The position numbers and the translations under genes were made by a program. The notes under the pieces were generated by a model, which was not told the origin of the DNA, did not search any database, and worked only from the letters and a program-made list of their open reading frames with translations. A stretch of DNA of 63,209 nucleotides, filler included, from an uncultured Methanosarcinales archaeon (GTDB lineage: Archaea > Nanobdellota > Nanobdellia > Woesearchaeales > DSVV01): NCBI GenBank assembly GCA_964593285.1. It is 6 parts of 6 records of this genome, joined end to end, with 100 filler letters (N's around TTAATTAATTAA, not from the genome) between each part and the next. Parts side by side here need not be neighbours in the genome. Positions count along the whole stretch, not along the records: positions 1 to 13,408 come from CAZQHZ010000024.1; 5 more parts are not named here. The stretch is one strand, 5' to 3'. Within the stretch, counting starts at the first letter, position 1. Every line of letters starts with the position of its first letter. Of the stretch, positions 1 through 10,526 are shown in pieces.

Positions 1-2
1 TT

Positions 3-1586
3 GTTGAATTAAATGCAAACTCTGAAGATGGATGGAATTTTAGTCATTGGATTGGAAATGTTTCAAATAATCAAACAACAACCACAATTAATATAACTCA
101 AAATGAAGAAGTAACTGCAGTTTTTACACAAAATGAATATACATTAAATGTTAATACACAAGGACAAGGAAATGTTGAAATTGATCCTATACAAGAATTT
201 TATTTATATGGGGATATTATTAATTTAAATGCAATCGAAGAGGAAGGCTGGGCATTTACTAATTGGATTGGTGATGTAGAAAATTATGAATTAAAAAATA
301 CAACTATTTTTATGAATAATAATAAAATAATTGAAGCAATTTTTAAGCCATGTAATGTTTATGTTGATGAAACATATAATGAAGAAACAGAAGGTTTTGA
401 AATTACACATTTCAATAATTTAGAAGATGCATTAGATGCTGTTTGTAAAAATGGAACAATTAATATTGAAGATGATGAAGAATTAAATATAACTAATTTG
501 ATAATTGAAGAAATTACAATTGGTGAAAATGAAATTAGATCTAAAAATATGACTGTTTCATTAAATGCAACATCAAATACAACAATAACTGGATATAGTT
601 ATTCAACAAACCCACATAATTATACAACATCTAATAGTACTATTTTAGTTGGGGAGGTTTTTTATGAATTAACATTATCAGATAATGATGCAGTTAGTTG
701 GCCAATTTTTATCAATATAACTTATGATGAAAATGAAGTTGATGAAACTAATTTACTTGGATTAATGTATTGGAATCATAATACTAATGAATGGGAATTA
801 TACTCAAATACAGGTGTTGATAAAACAAATAATTATGTATGGGCATATGCTGATCATTTAACACCTTTAGCATTTGGTTTTTTAGGTCCAAATTGGGTTT
901 GCGTAGAATATTCAAATTGTACAGTAAATGGATATAAACATTGTCTTGAAGTAAATGATTTGAATAATTTAGATGAAGAATATCAAGGAGATTATTCTGA
1001 ATTTAGATTAACATGTGATTATTGTTCAATTTATGGTCCAACAATCAATGCTATCGATCATATTAGAGTTAATGAAGGAGAAATTGTTGATATTAATCTT
1101 GAAATAAATTCAGAAAATAATATACAACACAGTGTATCAAATCCACTAAATAACCAAGGACGTTGGCATACTAAAAGAGGAGATAGAGGACATTACGATA
1201 TTACTATTTATGCAACTGATGGAATATGTGATGCAGAAAAAGAAATAAAAATTGTTGTAAATGAAGAAAGTCATCATTCACTTGGTATATCTAGTATTAA
1301 CTATAATAAATTAGTAAGACCTGGAGATTTTGAAATATTTTCAATTAATGTAAATAATAATGGAAATAGAGAATTAAATAACATTAGAGCCTCAATATTT
1401 ATTGATGAACTTGGAGTTTGGGCAAAATCTGGTCCTGTTAATTTGAGGGCAAATCAAGAAACAAATATTGATTTAACTTTAGATATACCTTATTATGCAG
1501 TACCAGGTGAAATAATTCCAGCAAGAATAGTAATAAATAATAATGAAATTAGAAGAGTTATTTATAGAGACATAGAAATTATTTAA
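3..1586 (+). CDS. Large acidic surface protein, 5'-partial; InlB-B/Flg_new-like repeats, Ig-like and CARDB-like domains
   Basis: Frame is open from base 3, upstream of the tracked 312 start. Two repeats (LNANSEDGWNFSHWIG / LNAIEEEGWAFTNWIG); C-terminal INVNNNGNRELNNIRASI beta-sandwich signature. Confidence 0.7.
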   Translation, partial: VELNANSEDGWNFSHWIGNVSNNQTTTTINITQNEEVTAVFTQNEYTLNVNTQGQGNVEIDPIQEFYLYGDIINLNAIEEEGWAFTNWIGDVENYELKNTTIFMNNNKIIEAIFKPCNVYVDETYNEETEGFEITHFNNLEDALDAVCKNGTINIEDDEELNITNLIIEEITIGENEIRSKNMTVSLNATSNTTITGYSYSTNPHNYTTSNSTILVGEVFYELTLSDNDAVSWPIFINITYDENEVDETNLLGLMYWNHNTNEWELYSNTGVDKTNNYVWAYADHLTPLAFGFLGPNWVCVEYSNCTVNGYKHCLEVNDLNNLDEEYQGDYSEFRLTCDYCSIYGPTINAIDHIRVNEGEIVDINLEINSENNIQHSVSNPLNNQGRWHTKRGDRGHYDITIYATDGICDAEKEIKIVVNEESHHSLGISSINYNKLVRPGDFEIFSINVNNNGNRELNNIRASIFIDELGVWAKSGPVNLRANQETNIDLTLDIPYYAVPGEIIPARIVINNNEIRRVIYRDIEII

Positions 1587-1650
1587 TTTTTTTTCTTTTT
1601 CTTATTAATAATCGAAAGTTTTATAATTAAGATTTTTAAACACTGATAAA

Positions 1651-2145
1651 ATGACTAATAAAAATGAAGAAAAAGAAGATGATAATGAAGATTATTTAAT
1701 ATATCATGAATATGAAAAAAAATATGATTTACCAAAATATAATGATATAAAAAAATTATTAGATATTAGTTGCTTTGACGATAAAGATTTAGTTTTTAAT
1801 ATAATTAAAAAAAAAATACTTGATAAAATTGATAAATATATTGAAATATTAGATACAATAATTCAGCCAGATACAACAATTACTGCAATGTATGAAATGA
1901 AATATATAAGTGAAGAAGAAAGATTAAATGCTTTTAAAATTTATAAAAAATTAATGCACCATTATAGAAAAATACAAATTCTAGAAATTGAAAATAATGA
2001 AGAAAAAGATGCAAAGTTTATTAATTTATTTTTTAGGGAATTTGATGAAATAAAAAACCAACTTTTAGAAATTATAAAAAAACAAAAGGAATGCTGGAAA
2101 AATAATGAAAATACTAAAGATGATGTTTTAGCATATTTTGGATAA
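1651..2145 (+). CDS. Hypothetical helical protein
   Basis: 164-aa ORF about 30 nt downstream of a TATA-like box (TTTTATAA ~1619). Confidence 0.6.
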   Translation: MTNKNEEKEDDNEDYLIYHEYEKKYDLPKYNDIKKLLDISCFDDKDLVFNIIKKKILDKIDKYIEILDTIIQPDTTITAMYEMKYISEEERLNAFKIYKKLMHHYRKIQILEIENNEEKDAKFINLFFREFDEIKNQLLEIIKKQKECWKNNENTKDDVLAYFG

Positions 2146-2188
2146 TATATAATAAATCTTTAAATAATCACAAATAATTCTAAAATAT

Positions 2189-3415
2189 ATGAAATTTTTA
2201 TGTTTAAAATGCAAAGGAAAAAATCTTTGTGGAAAAAATCCATGCCCTAATATAATAAAATTAAATTCAATCAATAAATTAAAAAAAATTAATTTAAATA
2301 AGGATTTTATCTCATTATCAAAAACTCCTTTTGTTGGTTATAATAATTATCCTAATGTAAATGTTGGTTTGTTGACAAATCAAAATTTAAAATACCAAAA
2401 AGAAGATTTTAATTCACCAAAATATTTATTTGAAAAAAAATATAATATTGAAAAAATTGTTGATTTTAGAAGCAGTACCCTAAATTCTAAATTTAGATAT
2501 AATATTTATTCAAAAAATACTTTTAAAAAATTTATTGAAACAACAAAAGAAATTACATTATCTAAAAAACCAACAGAAATTGAAATAAATTTAAAAAATA
2601 AACCTAAAATTAATACTAATTTTGATGAAATTGTTGCACCAATTGGAATTAATGGTAATTTAATTAATCTAAAATTAAACTCTAATTTAAAAATTCATTC
2701 TAAAGTTGATAAAGTATATTCAGATACAGATTTAAATGCAACAAAAGCCTTAAATTATTTATATAAAAATAATTTTGATGAAACTTTTTTATCTAATAAT
2801 TTATCAATTGGTAATTTTGGATTAAAGAATAAAAGAAAACTTGTTCCAACAAGATGGGCAATTACTGCGGTTGATGATAGTTTAGGAAAAAATTTAATTG
2901 AAGAAATAAAAGATAATAAAATAATTGATGAATACTATGCTTATTTTAGTGAATATCTTGGAAATTATTATTTAATTATGTTATTTCCTGAAAATTGGAG
3001 TTATGAATTATTTGAATTAACAACAGAAAACAAAAATAAAAAAGAAATATATTACATGACAGATTATGAAAATATCTTTAAAAGAAAATATTATGCAAAA
3101 AATTGCCAGGGTGGTTATTATACTACAAGACTTGCAGTTTTAGAAAAATTAAATGAAATAAAAAAAAAATCAAGTGTAATTGCTATAAGAATCATAAGTG
3201 AAGAATATTTTATACCCTTAGGTGTTTTTGTTACAAGAGAAGCTTCAAGAAAGACAATAAATCAAAAACCCATTAAATTTTCATCAAAGGAATTAATGCT
3301 AAAATATGCAGAAATTTTAATTAAAAAAAAATTTAACATAAATATTGATAAAATAATAAAACAAAGTAAATTATTAAATGAATTAAAAACTCAAAAAAAA
3401 ATATTTGATTTCTAA
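2189..3415 (+). CDS. nreA: Archaeal DNA repair protein NreA (PCNA-interacting)
   Basis: N-terminal CxxCKGKxLCGxxxCP, FVGYxNYPNVNVG, RKLVPTRWAITAVDD, C-terminal PIP box QKKIFDF. Confidence 0.9.
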   Translation: MKFLCLKCKGKNLCGKNPCPNIIKLNSINKLKKINLNKDFISLSKTPFVGYNNYPNVNVGLLTNQNLKYQKEDFNSPKYLFEKKYNIEKIVDFRSSTLNSKFRYNIYSKNTFKKFIETTKEITLSKKPTEIEINLKNKPKINTNFDEIVAPIGINGNLINLKLNSNLKIHSKVDKVYSDTDLNATKALNYLYKNNFDETFLSNNLSIGNFGLKNKRKLVPTRWAITAVDDSLGKNLIEEIKDNKIIDEYYAYFSEYLGNYYLIMLFPENWSYELFELTTENKNKKEIYYMTDYENIFKRKYYAKNCQGGYYTTRLAVLEKLNEIKKKSSVIAIRIISEEYFIPLGVFVTREASRKTINQKPIKFSSKELMLKYAEILIKKKFNINIDKIIKQSKLLNELKTQKKIFDF

Positions 3416-3450
3416 CAATATTTTTATATTAAAGTAAAATACAAAAAAAT

Positions 3451-4560
3451 ATGAAAGGAATTGCATTATGCCAAAAGGGATTTGAAAACATTGCTAGCGA
3501 TGAAATAAATGAATTGATTTTTAAAGAAAGTATTAAAAATAATGGTTATTTAATATTTGATATAGATAATTTAAATGAAATTTTTAAACTGTGCTATTTA
3601 TCACGATCGCTTAGTAAAGTAATGTTATTATTTAATTCATTTAAATTTGATAATAGTAATTTTCAATATAATTTAATTAAAAGCAACTTACCTTACAATG
3701 ATTTAAAAGAATGGCTTGAAAATAATACTTTTAAAGTTAATACAATTAAACTATTAGAATTAGATGAAAATAGTACTAAAATTTCTAGTAAAATTGGTGA
3801 ATTTATAATTAATAAAATATCTACAAAAGTAGATTTAGAAAATCCAAAATATATACTAACAAATATTATTTCAAAAAATAATATTTATGTTGGAATTGAT
3901 TTTTCAAGATTTGATTTAAGTAAAAGAGATTATAAAATATATAATTTTGCATCATCATTAAATGGTTCATTTGCATATTGTGTTTTAAAATCTGGTGGAT
4001 GGACAAAAGATAAATCGATAATTGATCCAATGTGTGGCTCTGGTGTTATTGCTATTGAAGCTGCACTTAAATATGCTAATAAATCACCACAATTTTATAG
4101 AAAAAACAATTTTAATCTTGAGTTTAACTTTGAAAAATTTGATTTAAAAATTAATAAAAATTATAAAGATTCAAAAATATATTGTTATGACTATATGTTA
4201 AATTGCATTAATACTTCTAAAAATAATGCAAAAATTGCTGATATTGATAAATATATTAATTTTTCAAAAACAGAACTTGAATGGCTTGAAACTAGATTTG
4301 ATGAAAATTCAATAGACTATATTGTAACAAACCCATCAGAAGCATCAAAACATTGTAATATTAAAAAAATTAAAAAATTATATGATGAATTATTTTATCA
4401 ATCAAAGTTTATTTTAAAAAAAAATGGAACTTTAACTATAGTTACACGTTCAAATAATTTAATAATAGAATTTGCAAAAAAACATAAATTCAATATGATA
4501 GAAAATAAAGAAGTTTATCAAGGAAAACAAAAATATAGTTTAATAATTTTAAAAAAATAA
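3451..4560 (+). CDS. THUMP-domain SAM-dependent RNA m2G methyltransferase (Trm14/RlmL-like)
   Basis: VDLENP THUMP end, LSKRDY, DPMCGSGVIAIEAA motif I, IVTNP motif IV. Confidence 0.85.
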   Translation: MKGIALCQKGFENIASDEINELIFKESIKNNGYLIFDIDNLNEIFKLCYLSRSLSKVMLLFNSFKFDNSNFQYNLIKSNLPYNDLKEWLENNTFKVNTIKLLELDENSTKISSKIGEFIINKISTKVDLENPKYILTNIISKNNIYVGIDFSRFDLSKRDYKIYNFASSLNGSFAYCVLKSGGWTKDKSIIDPMCGSGVIAIEAALKYANKSPQFYRKNNFNLEFNFEKFDLKINKNYKDSKIYCYDYMLNCINTSKNNAKIADIDKYINFSKTELEWLETRFDENSIDYIVTNPSEASKHCNIKKIKKLYDELFYQSKFILKKNGTLTIVTRSNNLIIEFAKKHKFNMIENKEVYQGKQKYSLIILKK

Positions 4561-4574
4561 AGGGGGTTTAAAAA

Positions 4575-4832
4575 ATGGCTGAAGAAATAATTTTTTCAAG
4601 TAAAGAAAATAAAAATATTCAAGAGATTGGAGAATTTTTAACACAAATTGGAGAAAAACTAAAAAATGAAGGTTCATTTAATTTAAATAAAGGTGATGAA
4701 AAAGTAAATATTAATCCGGTTGGTGAAACAAAATTAAAATTAAAATATGAAATTGAAAACAACAATAAACACGAACTTGAAATAGAAATTAAATGGAAAC
4801 CAAATAATGTGGATGCAATAAAGATTTCTTAA
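4575..4832 (+). CDS. Amphi-Trp domain protein
   Basis: 85 aa ending ELEIEIKW; GGGGG SD-like sequence upstream. Confidence 0.8.
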   Translation: MAEEIIFSSKENKNIQEIGEFLTQIGEKLKNEGSFNLNKGDEKVNINPVGETKLKLKYEIENNNKHELEIEIKWKPNNVDAIKIS

Positions 4833-5896
4833 AAATATTTTTTATGTTTTTCTTTTAAAAATTCATACTTGAAAATTTTTGTTCCTTGTTCTAATTCTTT
4901 TGCATTAACAAAATAGTTTTTCATGTTTTCAATTCTTTGAATTAAATTATTAGAATTATTTGTATAATTTTTTTGTAAATCTTCTTTTCTTTCTAAATAT
5001 TTATTAAAATTATAATCAATTGCTTCATTTGTTATGGACATACAAAAAAAATCTCTTTTAATATTTTTAACTTCATCTTTATTTCCATAAATTAATTTAC
5101 CACTAAAAAAACCATCAACTATTGAATAATCAAATTTATCATACAATTCATAAAAATCTTTAATATTAACATTGTGTATATCTATCCAACCTAAATTTTG
5201 AGTATGTGTAGCATTATTTGATATCATGAATATATCAATATCACTATATGCTTTATTAGAACCAATTTTCATAATATATTTTGCATCATTTAATTTATAA
5301 TCTAAGTTATCTAAAATACTTAATATTTTTTCATCATTAAATTTTTTTGAAAAGCCCATTTCACAATAAATTAAATCAATGCCATATTTATCCTTAAATA
5401 AATTAAAATCATTAGCAATTAATTTTTCTTGTTTTGACAAATTATTATATGCACAATTAACTTCATTTTCTAAATTATTTTGTTTTAAAAAATTAGTTGT
5501 AAATAAAATTTCAAATCCTTTAATTCTTTTTTTATTTGTAAATGGTAGAAGTGAATCAATAAAATTATATTGAGTATTTAAAAAATTTTCAATATCACCT
5601 TTTTTTAAAATAATATCTTTAAATTCATTTCCTTGAATTGAATAATTAAAAAATAATTGTCTAAATAAACCAAACCTAACATAATTAAATAAATTAGTTG
5701 GTGAATTTTTATTAATGTATGAAATATCAGTAAAGGGATTAAAAAAACCAAAATTATTATCTAACAAATTTAAATTTCTATGCTTTTTTATTAGATTAAA
5801 TTTATCATTAGATAAATTTAATATTGAAAATTTGTTTAATTTACAATTAAAATTATTTTTCATATAATCAGAAAAATGTTTTTTTATTTGATTCAT
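4829..5896 (-). CDS. Protein with a minimal nucleotidyltransferase-like motif
   Basis: IGSNKAYSDIDIF (GS...DxD) plus a downstream WIDIH third Asp. Confidence 0.55.
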   Translation of the reverse strand: MNQIKKHFSDYMKNNFNCKLNKFSILNLSNDKFNLIKKHRNLNLLDNNFGFFNPFTDISYINKNSPTNLFNYVRFGLFRQLFFNYSIQGNEFKDIILKKGDIENFLNTQYNFIDSLLPFTNKKRIKGFEILFTTNFLKQNNLENEVNCAYNNLSKQEKLIANDFNLFKDKYGIDLIYCEMGFSKKFNDEKILSILDNLDYKLNDAKYIMKIGSNKAYSDIDIFMISNNATHTQNLGWIDIHNVNIKDFYELYDKFDYSIVDGFFSGKLIYGNKDEVKNIKRDFFCMSITNEAIDYNFNKYLERKEDLQKNYTNNSNNLIQRIENMKNYFVNAKELEQGTKIFKYEFLKEKHKKYF

Positions 5897-5985
5897 TATT
5901 TTAGAGTAGTTAAAACAATATAAAAAAGTTTCTATTTTGTTAAAATAACCAAAATAATATAAATTTTAAAAAAATCCAATAATAA

Positions 5986-6795
5986 ATGGTAAAAATTAAT
6001 ATTTTTTTAAATAAAAATGTACATGAAAATGCTTCTATTTATTTTGATAAAGCTAAAAAAGCTAAAAAAAAAATTGATGGTGCAAAAATTGCAATTGAAA
6101 ATACTAAAGCAAAATTAAAAAAATTAGAGAAAAAAGGTATTAAAAAAGATAATACAAACGTTTTAATTTTAAAAAATACAAAAAAGGAATGGTATGAAAA
6201 ATTTAGATGGTTTTATTCAAGTGAAGGTTTTTTAGTTATTGGTGGAAGAGATGCAACAACAAATGAAATATTAATAAAAAAATATACTGACAGCGATGAT
6301 ATAGTTTTTCATACAGATATGTCCGGTTCACCATTTTTTGTAATTAAAAAAAAAATAAATATTTTTGAAAATGAAACTATTGGAGAAGAAACATTACAAG
6401 AAACAGCAAATGCAACCGCTTCATTTTCTAAAGCATGGAAATTAGGATATTTAACATTAAATGTTTTTTATGTAAATCCAAATCAAGTCACAAAAGAAGC
6501 AAATCAAGGAGAATATTTGCAGAAAGGATCATTTATGATAAAAGGAAAAACAACTTATATAAAACCCACAATTGAAATTGCAATTTGTATATTTAATGAA
6601 AAAGTTATGTGTGGTCCAACAAATTCAATTAAAAAACATTCAAAAAATTATATAATATTAATACAAGGAGATAAAAAACCAAGCGATATTGCAAAAGAAA
6701 TCAATAAAAAAATTAAAATTAATGATTTAGATGAAATAATAAGAGTACTTCCCTCTGGATTTTTTAAAATTAAAGAATATGTAATAAATAATTAA
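5986..6795 (+). CDS. NFACT-R RNA-binding domain protein (C-terminal half of Rqc2/NEMF family)
   Basis: KEWYEKFRWFYSSEGFLVIGGRDATTNEILIKKY, FHTDMSGSPF, GEYLQKGSFMIKG. Confidence 0.9.
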   Translation: MVKINIFLNKNVHENASIYFDKAKKAKKKIDGAKIAIENTKAKLKKLEKKGIKKDNTNVLILKNTKKEWYEKFRWFYSSEGFLVIGGRDATTNEILIKKYTDSDDIVFHTDMSGSPFFVIKKKINIFENETIGEETLQETANATASFSKAWKLGYLTLNVFYVNPNQVTKEANQGEYLQKGSFMIKGKTTYIKPTIEIAICIFNEKVMCGPTNSIKKHSKNYIILIQGDKKPSDIAKEINKKIKINDLDEIIRVLPSGFFKIKEYVINN

Positions 6796-7169
6796 ATCCA
6801 ATCAATTTCATAATTATTTTTAAAATTTAAATACTCAAAACAAATATTATCAAATTTTATTGTTTTATCTTTTTTAAGATATGCTAAATAGATTTTTGCA
6901 AAAGGATGGTTTTTTCTAAAAACTTTTGATTGTTTATTAAAAAATTTATCTCTAAGACCTATATGAGATTTTACTTCAATAATTCCTTGATTAAAATCAT
7001 TACCTAAAATATAAATATCAATCTCATAATTATTAGTTGCCCCATTATTAAAATGCTTATTTTTATAAATTTTTAAAATTTGAAAATTAAATAATTCTTC
7101 TAATCTTGTTTTTTCTTCTGCAATTAGATCTGTTAATTTATCGTGATAATTGTTTAATTTTTTAGACAT
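6792..7169 (-). CDS. Small PD-(D/E)xK nuclease-fold protein
   Basis: YEIDIY...IIEVKS motif in 125 aa. Confidence 0.6.
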   Translation of the reverse strand: MSKKLNNYHDKLTDLIAEEKTRLEELFNFQILKIYKNKHFNNGATNNYEIDIYILGNDFNQGIIEVKSHIGLRDKFFNKQSKVFRKNHPFAKIYLAYLKKDKTIKFDNICFEYLNFKNNYEIDWI

Positions 7170-7277
7170 ATATTTAACATGTTTATGAAATATATATAGT
7201 TTTTTATTAATAAACCTAAAAATTAATAAATAAAACTATTTTCTTAAAAATTATAAATATTAATGGGGTGTTTTTTA

Positions 7278-8354
7278 ATGATAAATGTTCCTTACGATGA
7301 AATTGTAAATAAAATAAAAGAAAATTCAAAACTAACAAAAGAAGATATTGAAAAAAAAGTAAAAGAAAAAATGGACCAATTATCTGGTTTAATTTCAAAA
7401 GAAGGTGCAGCATACATAATTGCTAATGAAAATGGAATTAAATTAATGGATACTAGTAATGAACTTAAAATAAAAGATATTTGTGTTGGTATGCGTGGAG
7501 TTAAAACAAATGGAAAAGTTATTAGAAAATTTCCTATTAATGAATTTGAAAGAAATGGAAAAAAAGGAAAAGTACAAAATATAATTATTGGTGATGAAAC
7601 ACAAAATATTAGAATTACAGCATGGCATGATATGGTTGATGTATTTGAAAAAATAAATGAAAATGATATTATTAAAATTGAAGGAGGGTTTGTTAAAGAA
7701 AACTTAAATCAAAAAGAAATTCATTTAAATAATCAAACAAAAATAGATATAAATCCAGAAGGAGTAAAAATTGATGTAAAAAATGAAATGCCAAAAATTA
7801 ATACAACAAATACTATTCGCAAAAAAATTTCTCAATTAAGTGAAAATGATTTTAACATTGAATTAGTTGGAACAATTCTTCAAGCTTTTGAACCAAAATT
7901 TTTCCCAGCATGTCCTGTTTGCAATAAAAAAGTTAATTTAAATGCTGATAAATACGTATGTTTAGAACATGGTAATGTTACACCTAAATTTAATTATGTT
8001 ATGAATATTGTACTAGATGATGGAACTGGTAATATTAGAACTGTATTTTTTAGAGATAATGTTTTAAAATTAGTTAAATTAACAGATGAACAAATACAAA
8101 TATATAAAGATTCGCCTGAAAAATTTGAAGAAATTAAAACAAAATTATTAGGTGAAACAATTTTAATTAAAGGTAGAGTTGTAAAAAATCAAATGTTTGA
8201 TAGACTAGAAATAATAGCTAATGACATAAAAGAGATTGATTTAGATGAAGAGATAAAAATTGCAAAAGAAAATAAAATTACTAATAATGACGATAATCAA
8301 AATACAATAAATGAAAAAAAAAATGATGAATTACCTTCAATTGATGAACTTTAA
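7278..8354 (+). CDS. rpa: Replication protein A (OB folds + Zn ribbon)
   Basis: GLISKEGAAYIIA N-domain, IGDETQNIRITAW and LDDGTGNIRTVFF OB folds, CPVC...CLEH Zn finger; GGGGTG SD favours the 7278 start. Confidence 0.9.
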   Translation: MINVPYDEIVNKIKENSKLTKEDIEKKVKEKMDQLSGLISKEGAAYIIANENGIKLMDTSNELKIKDICVGMRGVKTNGKVIRKFPINEFERNGKKGKVQNIIIGDETQNIRITAWHDMVDVFEKINENDIIKIEGGFVKENLNQKEIHLNNQTKIDINPEGVKIDVKNEMPKINTTNTIRKKISQLSENDFNIELVGTILQAFEPKFFPACPVCNKKVNLNADKYVCLEHGNVTPKFNYVMNIVLDDGTGNIRTVFFRDNVLKLVKLTDEQIQIYKDSPEKFEEIKTKLLGETILIKGRVVKNQMFDRLEIIANDIKEIDLDEEIKIAKENKITNNDDNQNTINEKKNDELPSIDEL

Positions 8355-8356
8355 AG

Positions 8357-8833
8357 ATGTATTTTAAAACACATTTAGCATTTTCTTTTTTTATATTATT
8401 ATTAATTATATATTTTTTTGAACATTTATTTTTAGATTTTTCTAATTTAGAAAAATTATTATTTGCATTAATTTTTATGTTTGCATCATTATTTGCAGAT
8501 CTAGATAATACTAAATCAAAATATGGTAAAAATATCTTTCCAATATCGTGGATATTTAAACATAGAGGATTTTTTCATAGTATATTTTCAGTAATTTTTT
8601 TTAGTTTAATAATCGCAATAATTAATATTTATTATGCAATTTCATTTTTTTTAGGATATTTAAGCCATATTATATTAGATATGTTTAATTATAAAGGTAT
8701 AATTTTGTTTTATCCTTTTTCTAAATATAAAATAAAAGGAATTATAAAATCTAATGGCCTTTTTGATAAAACACTATTTTTAATATTTTTTTCATCAATA
8801 TTTATAATGATATATTTAATAAATTCAAAATAA
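8357..8833 (+). CDS. Membrane-bound metal-dependent hydrolase (YdjM-like)
   Basis: TH...ADLD...HRGFFHS...SHIILD...G motifs between TM helices. Confidence 0.85.
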   Translation: MYFKTHLAFSFFILLLIIYFFEHLFLDFSNLEKLLFALIFMFASLFADLDNTKSKYGKNIFPISWIFKHRGFFHSIFSVIFFSLIIAIINIYYAISFFLGYLSHIILDMFNYKGIILFYPFSKYKIKGIIKSNGLFDKTLFLIFFSSIFIMIYLINSK

Positions 8834-8926
8834 TTTTTAAAAATATCATTCCAATTAAAAATTTATGAAATAATATATTTTAAAATAAAACAAACACGTT
8901 ATAAATATTCTATTATCATAATAATT

Positions 8927-9420
<494 letters not shown>

Positions 9421-9472
9421 TGTTAATTTATAACCAACACCTCAATTGAAATATAATAATGAAAAATTATAT

Positions 9473-9886
9473 TTAATCTATTCGTTTAGAATAAATAATT
9501 ATCATAATTATAAAAGATGTTAATAATAATAAAATTTGATTAATTAAAAATGCTATCAAAATATCTTCATTTTGATATAAATTTATTAAAAAATTATTTA
9601 TTTCTATTGGATAAAAAATAATAAATAATATATTTACTATTGAATTAAAAAATAAAAAAAGAAATATAAATTTTGATAAAAATAAATATTTTCTATTTTT
9701 TATAAAAAAATTATAAATTGAAAATAAAATAAATAAAATTAACAATAAATTAATTATAAGTCCAAATTTTTCTAAGTGCAATAAACCAAACAATATAAAT
9801 TTTGGTTTAAAAACCATATTTAAAATTAATAGAATTGATAAAAATAAAGATAATAAATAAATAAAATTTAATTTTTTTTGCTTCAT
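9473..9886 (-). CDS. 4-TM membrane protein
   Basis: 137-aa hydrophobic ORF. Confidence 0.55.
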   Translation of the reverse strand: MKQKKLNFIYLLSLFLSILLILNMVFKPKFILFGLLHLEKFGLIINLLLILFILFSIYNFFIKNRKYLFLSKFIFLFLFFNSIVNILFIIFYPIEINNFLINLYQNEDILIAFLINQILLLLTSFIIMIIIYSKRID

Positions 9887-9947
9887 AAAATAATAATAAT
9901 ATATTTATGTATAAAAATGTTATTGATATTTAGTAAATTTTCATAAA

Positions 9948-10526
9948 TTACTTTGCTAAATAATATTTATCTTCTTTTTTAGCTATTAATCCTTCTTTAA
10001 TTAATTGTTCAATAAATTTCAAAACATGCTCCCTTGGAACACCCGCATTTAATGCAATTTCTGAAGAATCTTTTGGTTTTTCTTTAAGTGAAAGCAAAAT
10101 TAAATTTTTCATTAAAGCTACTCCATTATGGCTTAATGTTTCATTTACTATTTTTAATCTTTTTAATTCTTCACCAACCTTATGAAGTTTTGATAATAAA
10201 TCATTAATGTAGCCATTAAATTCAAAAGCATCAAAATTTATTCTGTCAGGTTCTACAATTTCAATTGAAGAAGGCATATAATCTATACAAAACCAAGTTA
10301 AATCTTCAACATTTTTTGCAGAAAACTCAATATCTGCAAAAATATTATAAAGCTCTGCATCTTTTGTTTTTTTAGGCTTTGATATGTGTTGATCAAGTAA
10401 TTCTAAGTTCGTATGATTTTCTTCTAATTTATCTATATAAAGTTTAATTGTATCTTCAATATGCTTTTTTGGTGCACCAATCATTTCTATAATTGCTTTG
10501 CAAATAATTTTTTTTTCTTTTACCAT
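9948..10526 (-). CDS. Hypothetical protein with C-terminal winged helix
   Basis: IIEMIGAPKKHIE...DYMPSSIEIVEP, a coiled coil, then wHTH (SSEIA...FIEQLIKEGLIAKKEDKYYL). Confidence 0.7.
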   Translation of the reverse strand: MVKEKKIICKAIIEMIGAPKKHIEDTIKLYIDKLEENHTNLELLDQHISKPKKTKDAELYNIFADIEFSAKNVEDLTWFCIDYMPSSIEIVEPDRINFDAFEFNGYINDLLSKLHKVGEELKRLKIVNETLSHNGVALMKNLILLSLKEKPKDSSEIALNAGVPREHVLKFIEQLIKEGLIAKKEDKYYLAK

